Assembly (NCBI GenBank): GCA_963669175.1
Contig: OY769902.1
Span: 4,864,001 to 4,928,000, forward strand
Reading direction: 5' to 3'
DNA: 64,000 bases
Source: a bacterium
GTDB lineage: Bacteria; Electryoneota; Electryoneia; Electryoneales; Electryoneaceae
The position numbers were made by a program, and so were the translations under genes. The notes under the pieces are model-generated. The model searched no databases, was not told the origin of the DNA, and saw only the letters and a program-made list of their open reading frames with translations. Positions 20,298 to 31,738 of the stretch are shown here, in pieces. Within the stretch, counting starts at the first letter, position 1, and every line of letters begins with the position of its first letter.

Positions 20298-21296
20298 ATG
20301 GCAGCAACGGATCATCCGGACGTACAGCAACTGAAAAAGCTGGCAGACGCGCACCAGACCTTGCGTGATGAAATCAGCAAAGTGATTGTCGGGCAGCATG
20401 AAGTGGTGGATCAACTGCTGATCTCGCTGTTTTCGCGCGGCCATGCCCTGTTGGTGGGTGTTCCCGGCCTGGCGAAAACCCTTCTCATTCGTAGCCTCGC
20501 GCAGGCCTTCAAGCTTGATTTCAACCGCATCCAGTTCACCCCGGACCTGATGCCGACCGACATCACCGGTACGGAAATCATTGAAGAGGACCGCGCTACA
20601 GGAAAACGGCAGTTCCGTTTCATTCGCGGCCCGTTGTTCTCACAGGTCGTGCTGGCGGACGAGATCAACCGTACACCACCGAAAACCCAGGCCGCCTTGT
20701 TGCAGGCCATGCAGGAGCATGAGATCAGCGCCTCAGGCACAACCTATACACTGGAAGAACCCTTTTTCGTGCTGGCTACTCAGAACCCGATTGAGCAGGA
20801 AGGCACCTATCCCCTGCCCGAAGCCCAGTTGGACCGATTTATGTTCATGCTGCTGGTGGAGTATCCTTCACAGAAAGAAGAAATCGACATCGTCGGCTCG
20901 ACCACATCCGGTGACGCCAGCGCTATTGCTCCGGTTCTGGACGCCAAAGATGTGATCGCTTTGCAGGAACTGGTGAGACGAGTTCCGGTCGCGCCGAATG
21001 TGTTGGAATACGCAGTGAATCTGGTCAGGAAAACACGTCCTGCGGAAGATGAAGCGCCAGACTATGTGAAAGAGTGGATCCGTTGGGGCGCCGGTCCACG
21101 TGCCGGACAATATATGATTCTCGGCGCGAAAGCACGTGCCGCTCTGGATGGACGTCCTACGCCGGAAGTGCGTGACGTGCAGACCCTGGCGAAACCCGTC
21201 CTGCGGCATCGCCTGGTACGGACATTCCGTGCCGAAGCGGATGGAATCGATACTGATCAGGTAATCGAACGACTGCTGAATGAAAAGGTGGTGTAG
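20298..21296 (+). CDS. MoxR-family AAA+ ATPase
   Basis: GVPGLAKT, RIQFTPDLMPTDITG, LADEINRTPPKTQAALL and ATQNPIEQEGTYPLPEAQLDRF motifs. Confidence 0.95.
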   Translation: MAATDHPDVQQLKKLADAHQTLRDEISKVIVGQHEVVDQLLISLFSRGHALLVGVPGLAKTLLIRSLAQAFKLDFNRIQFTPDLMPTDITGTEIIEEDRATGKRQFRFIRGPLFSQVVLADEINRTPPKTQAALLQAMQEHEISASGTTYTLEEPFFVLATQNPIEQEGTYPLPEAQLDRFMFMLLVEYPSQKEEIDIVGSTTSGDASAIAPVLDAKDVIALQELVRRVPVAPNVLEYAVNLVRKTRPAEDEAPDYVKEWIRWGAGPRAGQYMILGAKARAALDGRPTPEVRDVQTLAKPVLRHRLVRTFRAEADGIDTDQVIERLLNEKVV

Positions 21297-21350
21297 AATC
21301 CCGATTGCCGATTGATTGTCCTGACAAACAGTTTTGCAGTATCCGCATAG

Positions 21351-21380
21351 ACCTGCTCAGTTGAGCAGGTTTTTCTTTTT
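21351..21380 (+). terminator. Intrinsic terminator after the MoxR gene
   Basis: ACCTGCTCA-GT-TGAGCAGGT followed by a T-run. Confidence 0.75.
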
Positions 21381-21492
21381 CATTGCACTTTCTCCCTCGG
21401 AGCACTCTTGAATTTTCATTAGTATTGATTCGTCTTTAATGTTAGACTACCCTTACAACCCAACATCATTTAACGGAGAACCTGAAAAAGCC

Positions 21493-22122
21493 ATGACAGT
21501 ACAGGAAGCGATTGAAAGAAGACGGTCGGTGCATTCGTATGATCCGTCGGTTACGATACAGGATAATGAATTGCGCGATTTGCTCCAGTTGGCCACGCTG
21601 GCCCCCTCCTCGTTTAACCTGAACCACTGGCGTTTTATTTCGGTAACATCCCGGGAAGGCAAGCAAAAGTTATTCGATCTCTCATTGAATCAACACCATA
21701 TTCGTGACGCTTCGGCAGTACTGATCATCCTGGGCAAGATCAACGCCCACGAGGATGTAGGCCTGTTCATCGAAGACTGGATCGAAAAGGGGTATTATCC
21801 GGACGATTCTCACTTGCGTCGTGTTTCTGAAGGGTTCTATGGTACGCGCCCGGAGATGCAGCGTGACGAAGCCATTCGCAGCACCTCTATCATGGCGGGA
21901 ATGTTGATGCTGGCCGCGTTTGAACGTGGTTGGTCAACAGCGCCGATTATCGGTTTTAACGGAAAGCGACTGATGGAAGAACTCGCCATTCCGGACAACT
22001 ATCTGCCCGTGATGCTGATGACAATCGGTAAGGAACTTGTACCACCACCGCCTCGAGTAAAGCGGCTTGGGCTGGATTCTGTCATGATGCAGGAGCGTTT
22101 CAGGCTTTCAGATACTCTTTAA
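21493..22122 (+). CDS. Nitroreductase family protein
   Basis: AIERRRSVHSY, LAPSSFNLNHWRF and PIIGF motifs; start MTVQ chosen. Confidence 0.9.
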   Translation: MTVQEAIERRRSVHSYDPSVTIQDNELRDLLQLATLAPSSFNLNHWRFISVTSREGKQKLFDLSLNQHHIRDASAVLIILGKINAHEDVGLFIEDWIEKGYYPDDSHLRRVSEGFYGTRPEMQRDEAIRSTSIMAGMLMLAAFERGWSTAPIIGFNGKRLMEELAIPDNYLPVMLMTIGKELVPPPPRVKRLGLDSVMMQERFRLSDTL

Positions 22123-25100
22123 GGATACGATCCAGCACATTCAGTTTCATCGGCTTTTGTATGTACCCGGCCACCATTTTCCCCGCGAAACGCTCACGTG
22201 CATCAGTCTCGGCAGCGCCGCTGATGATCACGATGGGCGTATCGGGCTGAAGAGTTCTCATTTCATCAAAAATCTCTTCGATTGGTTTGCCAGGCATGCT
22301 CATATCCAACAGAACCAGATCAATGTTCAGATCCTTATCCTCGGCCAGTTGCAGCGCTTCCTCGCCTGAAGCGGAAGATGTGACACGATAGTTCAGCCGT
22401 TCGAGCATCTTCCTGGTTACGGTGCGGACTGTGGTGTCATCATCAACCAGCAGAATTCGCGGTCTGCCGCTTAATACAGGTCTAATCGCAGGATGGTCCG
22501 ATTCTGCCAGTTGCTGTTCGGGAGCCACCGGAAAATAGACTCTGAATGTGCTGCCTTTGCCTACGGTTGATTCGACCTGAACTGTACCATTGTGTCCCCT
22601 GATTATTCCGAGAGAAGCTGCCAGTCCCAGGCCGCGCCCGGTGAATTTGGTAGTAAAGAACGGATCGAAGAGCTTTTCCAATGTTTCCTGGTGCATACCT
22701 TCGCCGTTATCCCGCACCTCCAGGACGATATACTCACCGGGCAGCAAAGGCTCCTGGACATAACGGCTGGCCAGGGCTTCTTCGTCAAACTTGCCGTTGG
22801 ACACATCCAGGATAATGGATCCCGATTCAGATGGAATAGCTTCCGAGGCGTTGGTGACCAATTGGATCAATAACTGGCGAATCTGGGTTTCATCAGCATG
22901 AAACAGCGGCACATTCGGGGTGGATTTTACTTCGATATGATGTTGACGTGTAACTGTGTTCTCGATCAAGCCAAGGGTATTATCAATTACTTCCCTGATG
23001 TTCATTCTTCTCTTTATAAAGTGTCCTTTCCCGGAATAGTCGAGCATTTGCCGACTCAGGCTGGCAGCCTTTGTCGCAGAATGGTCGATTTCTTCAAGCA
23101 GATCCAGTAATTCCGGTTGATCTTTCAGCTCAAGTTCCAGGAGCTGAGCATTGCCCAGAACACCAGTAAGCAGGTTATTGAAATCGTGGGCGATACCACC
23201 GGCCAGAATACCCAGGCTCTCCATTTTCTGAACGATGCGGACCTGCTCCTCAAGCTTGCGCCTTTCCTTCTCAGCGTTGCGAATATCAGTAATATCACGG
23301 TTTAGCGAAAGGATTGCACGCTTTCCTTTGTACTCAACCAGCGAGGCATTGATGGTTACGTTCAGGAGTAAACCGTCTTTTCTTTTCTGAATCGTCTCAA
23401 AGCTGAGTCTGCCTTCCTGGTCAATTAGCCGTTGAATTTTACGTTTACCATTCTCAATATTGGTCGAAATTATATCGAGCGTCAGGGTTAGAAACTCTTC
23501 ACGACTGTACCCATACTGTTCACAGGCTTTTTGATTGACTTCCAACACCTGTTCGCACTCAGGTTCAAATATGATTATGGCATCGTGCGCATTCTCGAAG
23601 AGGCCACGGTAATCACGTTCGGAACGCCTGAGTGCGATTTCAGCCAGCTTGGCGTCCGTAATCTCACGGCTTAACCCAACAAGGCCGGTCACATCACCGT
23701 CTTCGTTTTTCAAGGGTACTTTACGTGAGGAAAATGTTCTTATCCCTGCTTCACCCAAATCCATGGTTTCTTCAGCTTCGATAGATTTTCCATGTTCCAA
23801 AACCTGCCGGTCCGATTCCATACAAGATGCGGCAAGATCAGGCGGCATATAATCCGTGTCTCTTGTTCCGAGAATTTTGTCTTTGGGCAGCCCAATGAAA
23901 TCAACAAATGCCTGGTTGACAAGTTCCAGATTCCCTTCCTTGTTCTTCTGGTATAGCAGGTCAGGGATCGCTTCCATGATAGCGTTTAGTCGCGAATTTG
24001 TTTTTCGAAGGGCACGTTCGCTTTCGATACGTTCCGTAATATCCAGCAGTGTCGCTCCAGCCCATTTTTCGTTGTTCGGACCGGTCAGGGGAAATTTCAG
24101 CGCAAGAGTATAACCGATTCGTCCATCCGGTTTCTGATGACGTTCAATGGCCTCGATCACCTGACCTGAATCAAAAACCTTCTGATAATGGAGCGTATAC
24201 TCTTCAGCAAATTCAGGATCGAAAATCTCTTTGATTGTTTTTCCTTCTACGTCCTGTCCCAAGTCCATTTTAACCCGGGCATTGGCAAAGGTGATACGCA
24301 GGTTTTCATCCACAACGACGGCGGACATCGGGGAATTGTCCATAAACTCCTGAAAGAGGATTTCCCGTTGCTTCAGCGCAGAAGAAGTCGCTTCCGCTTC
24401 CGTCACGTCGGTCACAAAATTCAGCGCTGCCGGCCTGCCCTGCCATTCAATCAGGACAACCTTCATTTTCGCCAGGCGAGTTTTTCCACCATGACCGATG
24501 GCTCGAAAAAGGTAGTCGGCGGTAACACCCGGAACACCTGCAAGACGTTGTTTGTGACGCTCCATGGTAGCGCGGCGATCATCCGGGTGGACCAGAGGAA
24601 GGAAATTGGGGAGTTCTTCCAGCTCTTCTCGTGTATACCCAATCATTTGGAGTAAGGTATCATTGAACATCTTGATTTTACCATCCTGGGTAATAAAAAT
24701 CGCTTCATTTGCATTTTCTACGACGGCACGATATATCGCCTCCTGGTCTTTCAGTTGCTTTCTGATTGCTTCCTGTTCGCTTATATCATGGATTATAACC
24801 AATATCGATTCTTTGCCGAAATGGTTCTCAAAAGACTGAATATGAATTTCAACTGCTTTCTCTTCTCCATTACGGAGTCTGTGTCTGGTGACAACTTTTG
24901 CCAGCCTTTCCGAACCACATTGTGCGAGGCTGTCTTTTATTATAGCCGGTGACTCTGTCGCTATTTCAGCTATGGACAGACCAATCATATGGCCGTGCGC
25001 ATAGCCGTAAAATGCTTCGGCAGCTTGATTTGCATTGGTAATAATCAGCGACTCCACATCCACCAGGCACATCACAGCCGGATGAGAATGGAAAAGGGTA

Positions 25101-25150
25101 TAGAAAAGAGGCGCTTGCTCAGCAAAGCCAGATTCTGATAGTTCAGCCAC
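22100..25150 (-). CDS. Cytoplasmic hybrid sensor kinase (about five PAS domains, HisKA, HATPase, receiver)
   Basis: Repeated PAS motifs ending DIT/DVT/EIT; GGIAHDFNNLL; DNGEG..FDPFFTTKFTGRGLGL; receiver ILLVDDD..LLDMSMP. Confidence 0.93.
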   Translation of the reverse strand: MAELSESGFAEQAPLFYTLFHSHPAVMCLVDVESLIITNANQAAEAFYGYAHGHMIGLSIAEIATESPAIIKDSLAQCGSERLAKVVTRHRLRNGEEKAVEIHIQSFENHFGKESILVIIHDISEQEAIRKQLKDQEAIYRAVVENANEAIFITQDGKIKMFNDTLLQMIGYTREELEELPNFLPLVHPDDRRATMERHKQRLAGVPGVTADYLFRAIGHGGKTRLAKMKVVLIEWQGRPAALNFVTDVTEAEATSSALKQREILFQEFMDNSPMSAVVVDENLRITFANARVKMDLGQDVEGKTIKEIFDPEFAEEYTLHYQKVFDSGQVIEAIERHQKPDGRIGYTLALKFPLTGPNNEKWAGATLLDITERIESERALRKTNSRLNAIMEAIPDLLYQKNKEGNLELVNQAFVDFIGLPKDKILGTRDTDYMPPDLAASCMESDRQVLEHGKSIEAEETMDLGEAGIRTFSSRKVPLKNEDGDVTGLVGLSREITDAKLAEIALRRSERDYRGLFENAHDAIIIFEPECEQVLEVNQKACEQYGYSREEFLTLTLDIISTNIENGKRKIQRLIDQEGRLSFETIQKRKDGLLLNVTINASLVEYKGKRAILSLNRDITDIRNAEKERRKLEEQVRIVQKMESLGILAGGIAHDFNNLLTGVLGNAQLLELELKDQPELLDLLEEIDHSATKAASLSRQMLDYSGKGHFIKRRMNIREVIDNTLGLIENTVTRQHHIEVKSTPNVPLFHADETQIRQLLIQLVTNASEAIPSESGSIILDVSNGKFDEEALASRYVQEPLLPGEYIVLEVRDNGEGMHQETLEKLFDPFFTTKFTGRGLGLAASLGIIRGHNGTVQVESTVGKGSTFRVYFPVAPEQQLAESDHPAIRPVLSGRPRILLVDDDTTVRTVTRKMLERLNYRVTSSASGEEALQLAEDKDLNIDLVLLDMSMPGKPIEEIFDEMRTLQPDTPIVIISGAAETDARERFAGKMVAGYIQKPMKLNVLDRILKEYLKA

Positions 25151-25356
25151 TATCGTTTCTCTCCCGTATTACAATTCTCCCTGCACACAGGTGTTCAGAC
25201 AGCCAGTTCCGGACTTTGATTCAAACAATTTCTTTCCACGAAAGGATCGTTTAAAAGACCAGATTATCGTCCCATGGTAAGCAAAATATAGTCAAAGAAA
25301 ACACGAATTACGCAAAATAACAACGCACCAGGAGTTATTACTATAGCAATATTTAC

Positions 25357-25388
25357 GAAAAACCCGGTATTAGAACAAATACCGGGTA
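25357..25388 (-). terminator. Intrinsic terminator after metE
   Basis: ACCCGGTATT...AATACCGGGT stem flanked by A-runs on the + strand. Confidence 0.65.
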
Positions 25389-25422
25389 AAATGTTTGCTT
25401 CTACTAAAACCAAACGAAAATA

Positions 25423-27720
25423 TTACACTTCATTACGAACCTGTTTGGCAGCGGCGACCATGTTTTCAAGCGATGGGCGTGTTTCTTCCCAGCCACGAGT
25501 TTTCAGGCCGCAATCCGGATTCACCCACAGCCGTTCCACGGGAACATGCTTCAGAGCCACCTTGAGCAATCCCGCTATCTCATCCTGTGAAGGGACACGC
25601 GGCGAATGAATATCGTATACACCCGGACCGATATCGTTGGGATAAACGAAGTCTGACTGGTCGAAAACATCCAGCAGTTCCATCCGACTCCGGCTGGCTT
25701 CGATGCTGATCACATCCGCATCCATTGCCGCAATCGCTTCCATCATGTCATTAAACTCACTGTAGCACATGTGGGTGTGAATCTGGGTTTCGTCCTGCAC
25801 ACCACTGGCCGCAATGCGGAAACAGCGAATCGCCCACTCGAAATAGGCATTCCAATCCTGCTTCCGAAGAGGCAGTCCTTCACGAATTGCCGGCTCATCA
25901 ATCTGGATAACATCAATACCGGCCCTCTCCAGGTCAACAACCTCGTCACGGATTACCAGCGCCAGTTGTTCGGCCGTGATATGACGCGGTTGGTCATCAC
26001 GTACAAAGCTCCATTGCAGCATGGTTACCGGACCGGTAAGCATCCCCTTCATCGGCTTGTCTGTCTGATCCTTGGCGAATTTGGACCAGCGCACACTCAT
26101 CGGTCCCTTCCGCGCGACATCACCGAAGATGATCGGCGGTTTTACACCACGCGACCCATATGACTGCACCCAGCCATTCTGCGTAAAGATATAGCCGTCA
26201 AGTTGCTGACCGAAGTATTCTACCATATCATTACGTTCAAATTCGCCGTGAACCAGGACATCCAACCCGATCTCTTCCTGGTAGCGAATCGTCTCGATAA
26301 TGGCTTCTTCCAGCTTCTTCTCGTATTCTTCCGTACTGATATTGCCTTTTCGCAAGTCAGAACGCAGACGCCGTATCTCGCGTGTCTGCGGGAAACTACC
26401 AATGGTCGTTGTCGGCAACATCGGAAGACTGAGTTTGGCCTGCTGTTTTTTATGACGATCCGTAAACGGAGTAGAACGTCGCGCCATATCCTCTGTCAAT
26501 GCTTTCAGGCGATTCTGCACGTCCGGTTTGTGTACCAGCGGTGATGCTTCACGCATGGCCAGCGCAGTACGCATTTCGACCAGATCCTGCTGAACATGCA
26601 GGACTTGACCGTTCAGCGTTTCCTTGAGAACATGAACTTCACGCAACTTCTGCTTGCCGAATGCCATCCACTGCTTGACCATGGGGTGTAGCTTTTTCTC
26701 TTCCTTCAGGTCAATCGGACTATGCAGCAGAGAGCAGGAAGGCGCGACCTGCACACGTTCAGCGCCAACAACCTCCGCCGCATGCTTCAGGTGAACCAGG
26801 CTGTTGTCCATGTTGTTGCGCCAGACATTGCGTCCATCTACCAGGCCCAGGCTGAGCACCTGTTCATCCGCCAGATGGTCCAGTACGGTATCCAACTGTT
26901 CTGGCGCACGTACCAGGTCAACATGCAAACCCTCACCAAGCGAAACTGCCAGTTCCACATTATGCGCAATGCTGCCGAAATAGGTGGCAATCATCATCCT
27001 GGGACGGTTGGCGCCATTTTTCAGCTTTGCATAGGCTTTTTCGAAGAGTTGTTTTTCTTCATCATCCAGGTCGTAGACAAGGACGGGCTCATCCATCTGG
27101 ACCCAGTCAACGCCCATCTCTCCAAACTTGTTCAGCACTTCAGCATAAACATCAATCAGGGAATCCAACAATGCAGAGAAATCCACATTCTCCTCGACAG
27201 CTTTCCCAAGCAGAAGGAAAGTCGCAGGGCCGATAAGTACCGGACGTGGGTTCTTCACACCAGCTTCACGTGCTCGAATAACCGCATTGAAAGGATGATT
27301 CGAAGCCAGGCGGAATTGCATATCCCGGGTAAACTCGGGCACGATGTAGTGATAATTGGTGTCAAACCATTTGGTCATCTCCATGGCGATCACATCTGTC
27401 GTCTCATCCTGACGTCCACGCGCCATGGCGAAATAGGTATCAATATCAATTTCGCCGGTTGAAAAATCACCGTAGCGTTCCGGCACAGCGCCAACCAACA
27501 CAGCAGTATCCAACATCAGATCGTAAAAAGCGAAATCGTTGCAGGGGATATAATCGATCCCGGCATCCATCTGGAGTTGCCAATGGCGCATCGTCAATTC
27601 GTTGGCCATCTGAACCAACTCATCCAGTGAAATCTTTTTCTTCCAATAATCCTCACTGGCCTTTTTCCACTCACGCTTTAAGCCAAGCCGTGGGAAGCCA
27701 AGGTTTGCCGACTGTGCCAT
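25423..27720 (-). CDS. metE: Cobalamin-independent methionine synthase
   Basis: [49 protein letters not shown] and [11 protein letters not shown] motifs; ATG 27720 follows a GAGGAG RBS. Confidence 0.97.
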   Translation of the reverse strand: MAQSANLGFPRLGLKREWKKASEDYWKKKISLDELVQMANELTMRHWQLQMDAGIDYIPCNDFAFYDLMLDTAVLVGAVPERYGDFSTGEIDIDTYFAMARGRQDETTDVIAMEMTKWFDTNYHYIVPEFTRDMQFRLASNHPFNAVIRAREAGVKNPRPVLIGPATFLLLGKAVEENVDFSALLDSLIDVYAEVLNKFGEMGVDWVQMDEPVLVYDLDDEEKQLFEKAYAKLKNGANRPRMMIATYFGSIAHNVELAVSLGEGLHVDLVRAPEQLDTVLDHLADEQVLSLGLVDGRNVWRNNMDNSLVHLKHAAEVVGAERVQVAPSCSLLHSPIDLKEEKKLHPMVKQWMAFGKQKLREVHVLKETLNGQVLHVQQDLVEMRTALAMREASPLVHKPDVQNRLKALTEDMARRSTPFTDRHKKQQAKLSLPMLPTTTIGSFPQTREIRRLRSDLRKGNISTEEYEKKLEEAIIETIRYQEEIGLDVLVHGEFERNDMVEYFGQQLDGYIFTQNGWVQSYGSRGVKPPIIFGDVARKGPMSVRWSKFAKDQTDKPMKGMLTGPVTMLQWSFVRDDQPRHITAEQLALVIRDEVVDLERAGIDVIQIDEPAIREGLPLRKQDWNAYFEWAIRCFRIAASGVQDETQIHTHMCYSEFNDMMEAIAAMDADVISIEASRSRMELLDVFDQSDFVYPNDIGPGVYDIHSPRVPSQDEIAGLLKVALKHVPVERLWVNPDCGLKTRGWEETRPSLENMVAAAKQVRNEV

Positions 27721-27894
27721 GATACACTCCTCTTGCAATCACAAAACGAATTGTTAACGGATGGACCAAACGTAGAACGGAAGATAGAATGTTCTTGCAA
27801 TACACTGCAATTCAAATGTACCTGTCCCCGGCCACATACGAGACGGTACAGGCGTTTTTTCCGTAAAATAGATTTGTTTCACGTGAGCTTTATA

Positions 27895-29511
27895 CTACTT
27901 CTTCTTCCAGAAAAGAAAACCACCTTTCTTGTCAATGGCCTGTGTTTTTGTTTTTATACTGCCTTTGGGATTAGCCGCTTCCTTTGCTTTGTCTTCTTTA
28001 TACACTTTCTTCTGTGCTTCCCACCAACTTCCGACAATGGCCTTGTCATCATCATGTTCAGCAACCGTATCCGACGCCAGGAAGTCAGGTAAAACAGGCT
28101 CTCTTTTCATTGGTTCTTCAGCTTTTGCTTCAGCAGTAACATCTGAATTCAGATCGATTACTGTTACTGTCTCTTCAGGCTCGGTTTCAGCTTCTGGTTC
28201 TTCAATCTCTATTTCTCCATTGGGAGTAACTTCTTCAACGACAGCTTCCGATTCTGGTTCTTCTTCAGACTGTTCTTCTTCCTGCACCACGATTGCTTCT
28301 TCTTCAATTTCTTCGTTCACCGTTTCATCTTCGTCGCCATCTTCCTGCCCGAAAGAAGCTGCATCCTCTACTTCAACACTTCCTTCCACGCTCTCGTCTT
28401 CGGTCTCTTCATCAATTTCCAGCTCTGTTTCTTCGTCTTCTTCTGCCATTCCAATTGCTATTTCTTCATCTTCCTCTATCTCATCCTCTTCAACCTGTTC
28501 AGCGGAATCTGCCGGTTCTTTCACCTCTTCGTCAGCTTCCGGTTCAGTATCAGCAATAGCCGGTTCTTCTTCTGCTTCTTCACTTTCCATTTGCGGTTCA
28601 TCTTCGACAAGTATTCTCTCCGCTTCCTGGATTATATCCGAAGTTTCCTTCTCAGGTTCGTCAACAGCTTCCTGCCATTTCAGATCGTCAGTGTCCTTAG
28701 GATCATCCGCTGCTGTAATTATAACGGCCTCGTCATCGTCCATATCTTCATCCGGCAATTCCAGGACATCATATTCCAGGTGCATTGCCATTTCGCCACG
28801 CTTGCTCATCAGATCAAAGAAGCGTTCCAGGAAACGAATCAGTTCCTTTGGATTTGCGGAATCAACCCCAAGGTCCATTCCCAGTTCTATCGCATGAGCG
28901 CTGTTGATCGCATTCCTTCTTATGAAGATATCGTGAACATCCTGCATGGCAACATGATTATCGTTCTTCTCCAGCAAGTGAATCAGTTCATCAATGGCTG
29001 CTTCAGGAGTATGCAATACCCAGTCATCGTAGGCTTTCTGGAGAAGTTGGAGGGCGTCTTCCCGCGCAAGGTTGCGTTTCGGGTTCAGTTGTATATACTC
29101 AACGATTGTGTGAATCAATTTCAGGAAATCTTCCTGGTCAACCAGATTCTTCAGTTCCTGCCAGTTCAGCGAATCTCTTCTTCGGTACAGGCGCACAACG
29201 GTACGATCAAGTTCTTCGCCTGGAGGCGGCGGCAAGGCATCGGTAAATGTTTCGACAATTCTACGAATGGCATCGGCATCGAGCATCCAGACCCGCGCCA
29301 TATCACTAACAAGCCTGCCAACCGCATCTGCATCACTGCTGTAAATCTCACCTGATTTTGCAAGTGTCAGCGCACGATTGACGGCTTCGTCCTGTGCGTA
29401 ATTTTCAAGCTGAAGCTGGAGTTCGTCAGGAAGATCTGCCCATTCCTGCGGGGCGATGTAACTCTTTGATCCATATTGCAGTAACCAGTCTTCCATCGGT
29501 TTGTAGTGCAT
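27895..29511 (-). CDS. Hypothetical protein with helical N-terminal half and very acidic disordered C-terminal half
   Basis: 538-aa ORF with GGAGGGG RBS; E/D-rich tract; basic/aromatic tail KKGGFLFWKKK. Confidence 0.75.
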   Translation of the reverse strand: MHYKPMEDWLLQYGSKSYIAPQEWADLPDELQLQLENYAQDEAVNRALTLAKSGEIYSSDADAVGRLVSDMARVWMLDADAIRRIVETFTDALPPPPGEELDRTVVRLYRRRDSLNWQELKNLVDQEDFLKLIHTIVEYIQLNPKRNLAREDALQLLQKAYDDWVLHTPEAAIDELIHLLEKNDNHVAMQDVHDIFIRRNAINSAHAIELGMDLGVDSANPKELIRFLERFFDLMSKRGEMAMHLEYDVLELPDEDMDDDEAVIITAADDPKDTDDLKWQEAVDEPEKETSDIIQEAERILVEDEPQMESEEAEEEPAIADTEPEADEEVKEPADSAEQVEEDEIEEDEEIAIGMAEEDEETELEIDEETEDESVEGSVEVEDAASFGQEDGDEDETVNEEIEEEAIVVQEEEQSEEEPESEAVVEEVTPNGEIEIEEPEAETEPEETVTVIDLNSDVTAEAKAEEPMKREPVLPDFLASDTVAEHDDDKAIVGSWWEAQKKVYKEDKAKEAANPKGSIKTKTQAIDKKGGFLFWKKK

Positions 29512-29782
29512 GTCCCCTCCAATAACGGTTGGTTGCCCGACATCAGCCTGATGGCGCCAGCGCCGGACAATTCCCCGGTTACCTGGTTTACTTGCGTTAA
29601 GCTATATAGTGAAAGCAGTGTTCGCAAATCAAAACAAGAATAACACGAAATTCACGAAAATAAAAATAACATATCCTCGTGCCGGTTCCAAGGAGTTGAA
29701 TTCACGAGAGAAGACAGATTGCACAAGTGGAGAGAATCAGATATTTTCCTTTATTCATGCTATTGTGCTAACGGAGGCCCAT

Positions 29783-31360
29783 GTGGCATCACATCCAGAA
29801 CTACCTGAGGAATACAAATCATTTCTCAAACCTTCACCAGAAAGCAACACTTTCGATATTATTGATTGGACGCAATGGTTAGATCGAGAAAAGGCAAAGA
29901 TTGGCAAGGTAATGGTCTTTTCCTCGCACGATACCAAGTTTGAATCCCGTATCCTCGGCATCAAGCGCGGTCGCATGGGTGATGACTGGCTGTTTCTCGC
30001 GCCTTTTGAACCGGATCCTCCACGAGATTTCTTTGAAAAAAAACCTGCGATTGTTGTGAAGAATGCTTTTGTTGAGCACGGTTTTGTTGTTGGAACAAGC
30101 TTCCCGGCCAAGCCCAAAGGCAGTGTCACGATTGACAAAGTGGGCGGAGTCCTGGTAGATGACATTTTCAAACCACGCGTTACTCTTAAACCACACCTGA
30201 TGCCGCTACCCTCTGACAATACTTCCATGATCTTTATTGCACTCAATGGCAAACGTGAGTCACTCCGAATTACTGCGCTTGGTATGCGGCATGCCCATGT
30301 TACCGGTTCATTAAAGCAAGCGCTCCCTGCCGAAGGTGTGAAGTTCGAACAGGCAGCCATAAACCTGAAGTATACAACGACAAAGAATTTTAAAGTCAAG
30401 GGTCGGATCAAACAAACAGGCGATGATTCATTTGAAGTGATTTTCACCAAAATCAGCGACAGTGACAGTGATTTTCTGGCCAATTGGGTCGATGAGTTAT
30501 GGATAGAAAAAGTATCACGCATGGAAAACAGGAAAGCAATCGCGAAAAAGCGTGAACGTGATGCGGCAACCGGAGACTATCTGAAGCATCTGCATAAAAC
30601 CCATTTTTTCCTGCTTTCTGACGACACAAAGTGGGCCGAAATGCTGGGAGAAATCGGAATCGTTCGCCACATTGATGAAAAGGACCAGGCGTACATCGTT
30701 GATGAATTAGGCCAGGAACGCTGCGATATGCTTATCGCAGATTTCGACTATTGGGGAGCGCGAACACAAGAGCTGATAGAAAAATTGCAGGCCAATAAAG
30801 AATTCGCCAAGATCCCTACTTTCTGGATTACAGGCAAGAAAAAGACCATGACCGATGAGAAGAACCGTACTTTGTTGGAAAATGGCGTTTATGACATCCT
30901 CGACCGCAGACTTGATCAGCAGAAGTTTCTCCCCTTCCTGAACTGGGCCTTGAAGGAGACAACTTTCGGCGCTACGGGCGATTCCATGGTGATAATAAGC
31001 CCATCGGCACGTCAGCAATATCGCCTGGGGATGAGATTGCGCATGCGTGGTTTCAAGATTATTAAATCAACAACCCGGGAAAACCCTCTCTCCACATTGA
31101 ATACCCATTTGCCAAGATGGATCCTTGTCGATGCGACCAGCATTGGCGATGGTTACGATATGATACTGGAACCCTGCCTGAACTGGGTTCAGAAAGGCAC
31201 GAAGAAGCGTGATGTCTTCCTTCTCACAGCCGGGATCGATCCTGAATCGGCGGTAAGATGGATGTCGCAAGGGTTGTCCGATATTATTGTCTACGATCCG
31301 GTAACATCGCACCCCCTGGACAGGTTGCAGGCCCATATACAAAAAGCGCTCCAGCGTTGA
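29783..31360 (+). CDS. Signalling protein with degenerate PilZ-like region and two receiver-like domains
   Basis: GTG after GGAGG; CDMLIADFD..FAKIPTFWITG..GVYDIL and PRWILVD..VFLLTAG..GLSDII resemble receiver folds. Confidence 0.55.
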   Translation: MASHPELPEEYKSFLKPSPESNTFDIIDWTQWLDREKAKIGKVMVFSSHDTKFESRILGIKRGRMGDDWLFLAPFEPDPPRDFFEKKPAIVVKNAFVEHGFVVGTSFPAKPKGSVTIDKVGGVLVDDIFKPRVTLKPHLMPLPSDNTSMIFIALNGKRESLRITALGMRHAHVTGSLKQALPAEGVKFEQAAINLKYTTTKNFKVKGRIKQTGDDSFEVIFTKISDSDSDFLANWVDELWIEKVSRMENRKAIAKKRERDAATGDYLKHLHKTHFFLLSDDTKWAEMLGEIGIVRHIDEKDQAYIVDELGQERCDMLIADFDYWGARTQELIEKLQANKEFAKIPTFWITGKKKTMTDEKNRTLLENGVYDILDRRLDQQKFLPFLNWALKETTFGATGDSMVIISPSARQQYRLGMRLRMRGFKIIKSTTRENPLSTLNTHLPRWILVDATSIGDGYDMILEPCLNWVQKGTKKRDVFLLTAGIDPESAVRWMSQGLSDIIVYDPVTSHPLDRLQAHIQKALQR

Positions 31361-31395
31361 TGCTGAAGCGCTCCATAATGACTACTTGGGAAAAA

Positions 31396-31737
31396 CTATA
31401 CTGAAACAACCTGTCCGGTAGCCCAGTTGAGGAAAACTTCCACACCATCTTCCACATTGATGGCGATAATCTCCGGCACATCATAGGGATGCAGTTCAAC
31501 GATACGGTCCCGTAATGCAGGAAAACCGTCTTTCGTTGTCTTGATGATCAGCAACTCTTCACCGTCATCACAGATCTTTCCATCCCATTCATAAACAGAA
31601 CGAACCGGTCCGAATCGATTTACACAGGCTGCCAGTTTCTCTTCAACCAGTGTTCTGGCCAAACGGGCGGAAAACGAATTGTTTCCGTCATCACCATGCG
31701 GTGCTGTAACCATCACAAGCCGAAGGTCTGTTGCCAT
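31396..31737 (-). CDS. cutA: Divalent-cation tolerance protein CutA
   Basis: LVEEKLAACVN, SVYEWDG and ELHPYDVPEIIA motifs. Confidence 0.95.
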   Translation of the reverse strand: MATDLRLVMVTAPHGDDGNNSFSARLARTLVEEKLAACVNRFGPVRSVYEWDGKICDDGEELLIIKTTKDGFPALRDRIVELHPYDVPEIIAINVEDGVEVFLNWATGQVVSV

Positions 31738-31738
31738 A

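Noticed and set aside
20133-20444. N-terminal extension of the glycosyltransferase ORF
   Set aside because: It overlaps the divergent MoxR gene, and GT4 homology begins at about 20132.
27721-27894. Cobalamin or SAM riboswitch upstream of metE
   Set aside because: I could not find B12-box or S-box consensus elements by eye, only a degenerate inverted repeat. An Rfam scan would settle it.
27929-28897. Ser-rich 322-aa ORF on the + strand
   Set aside because: Antisense reading of the GAA-rich acidic gene.
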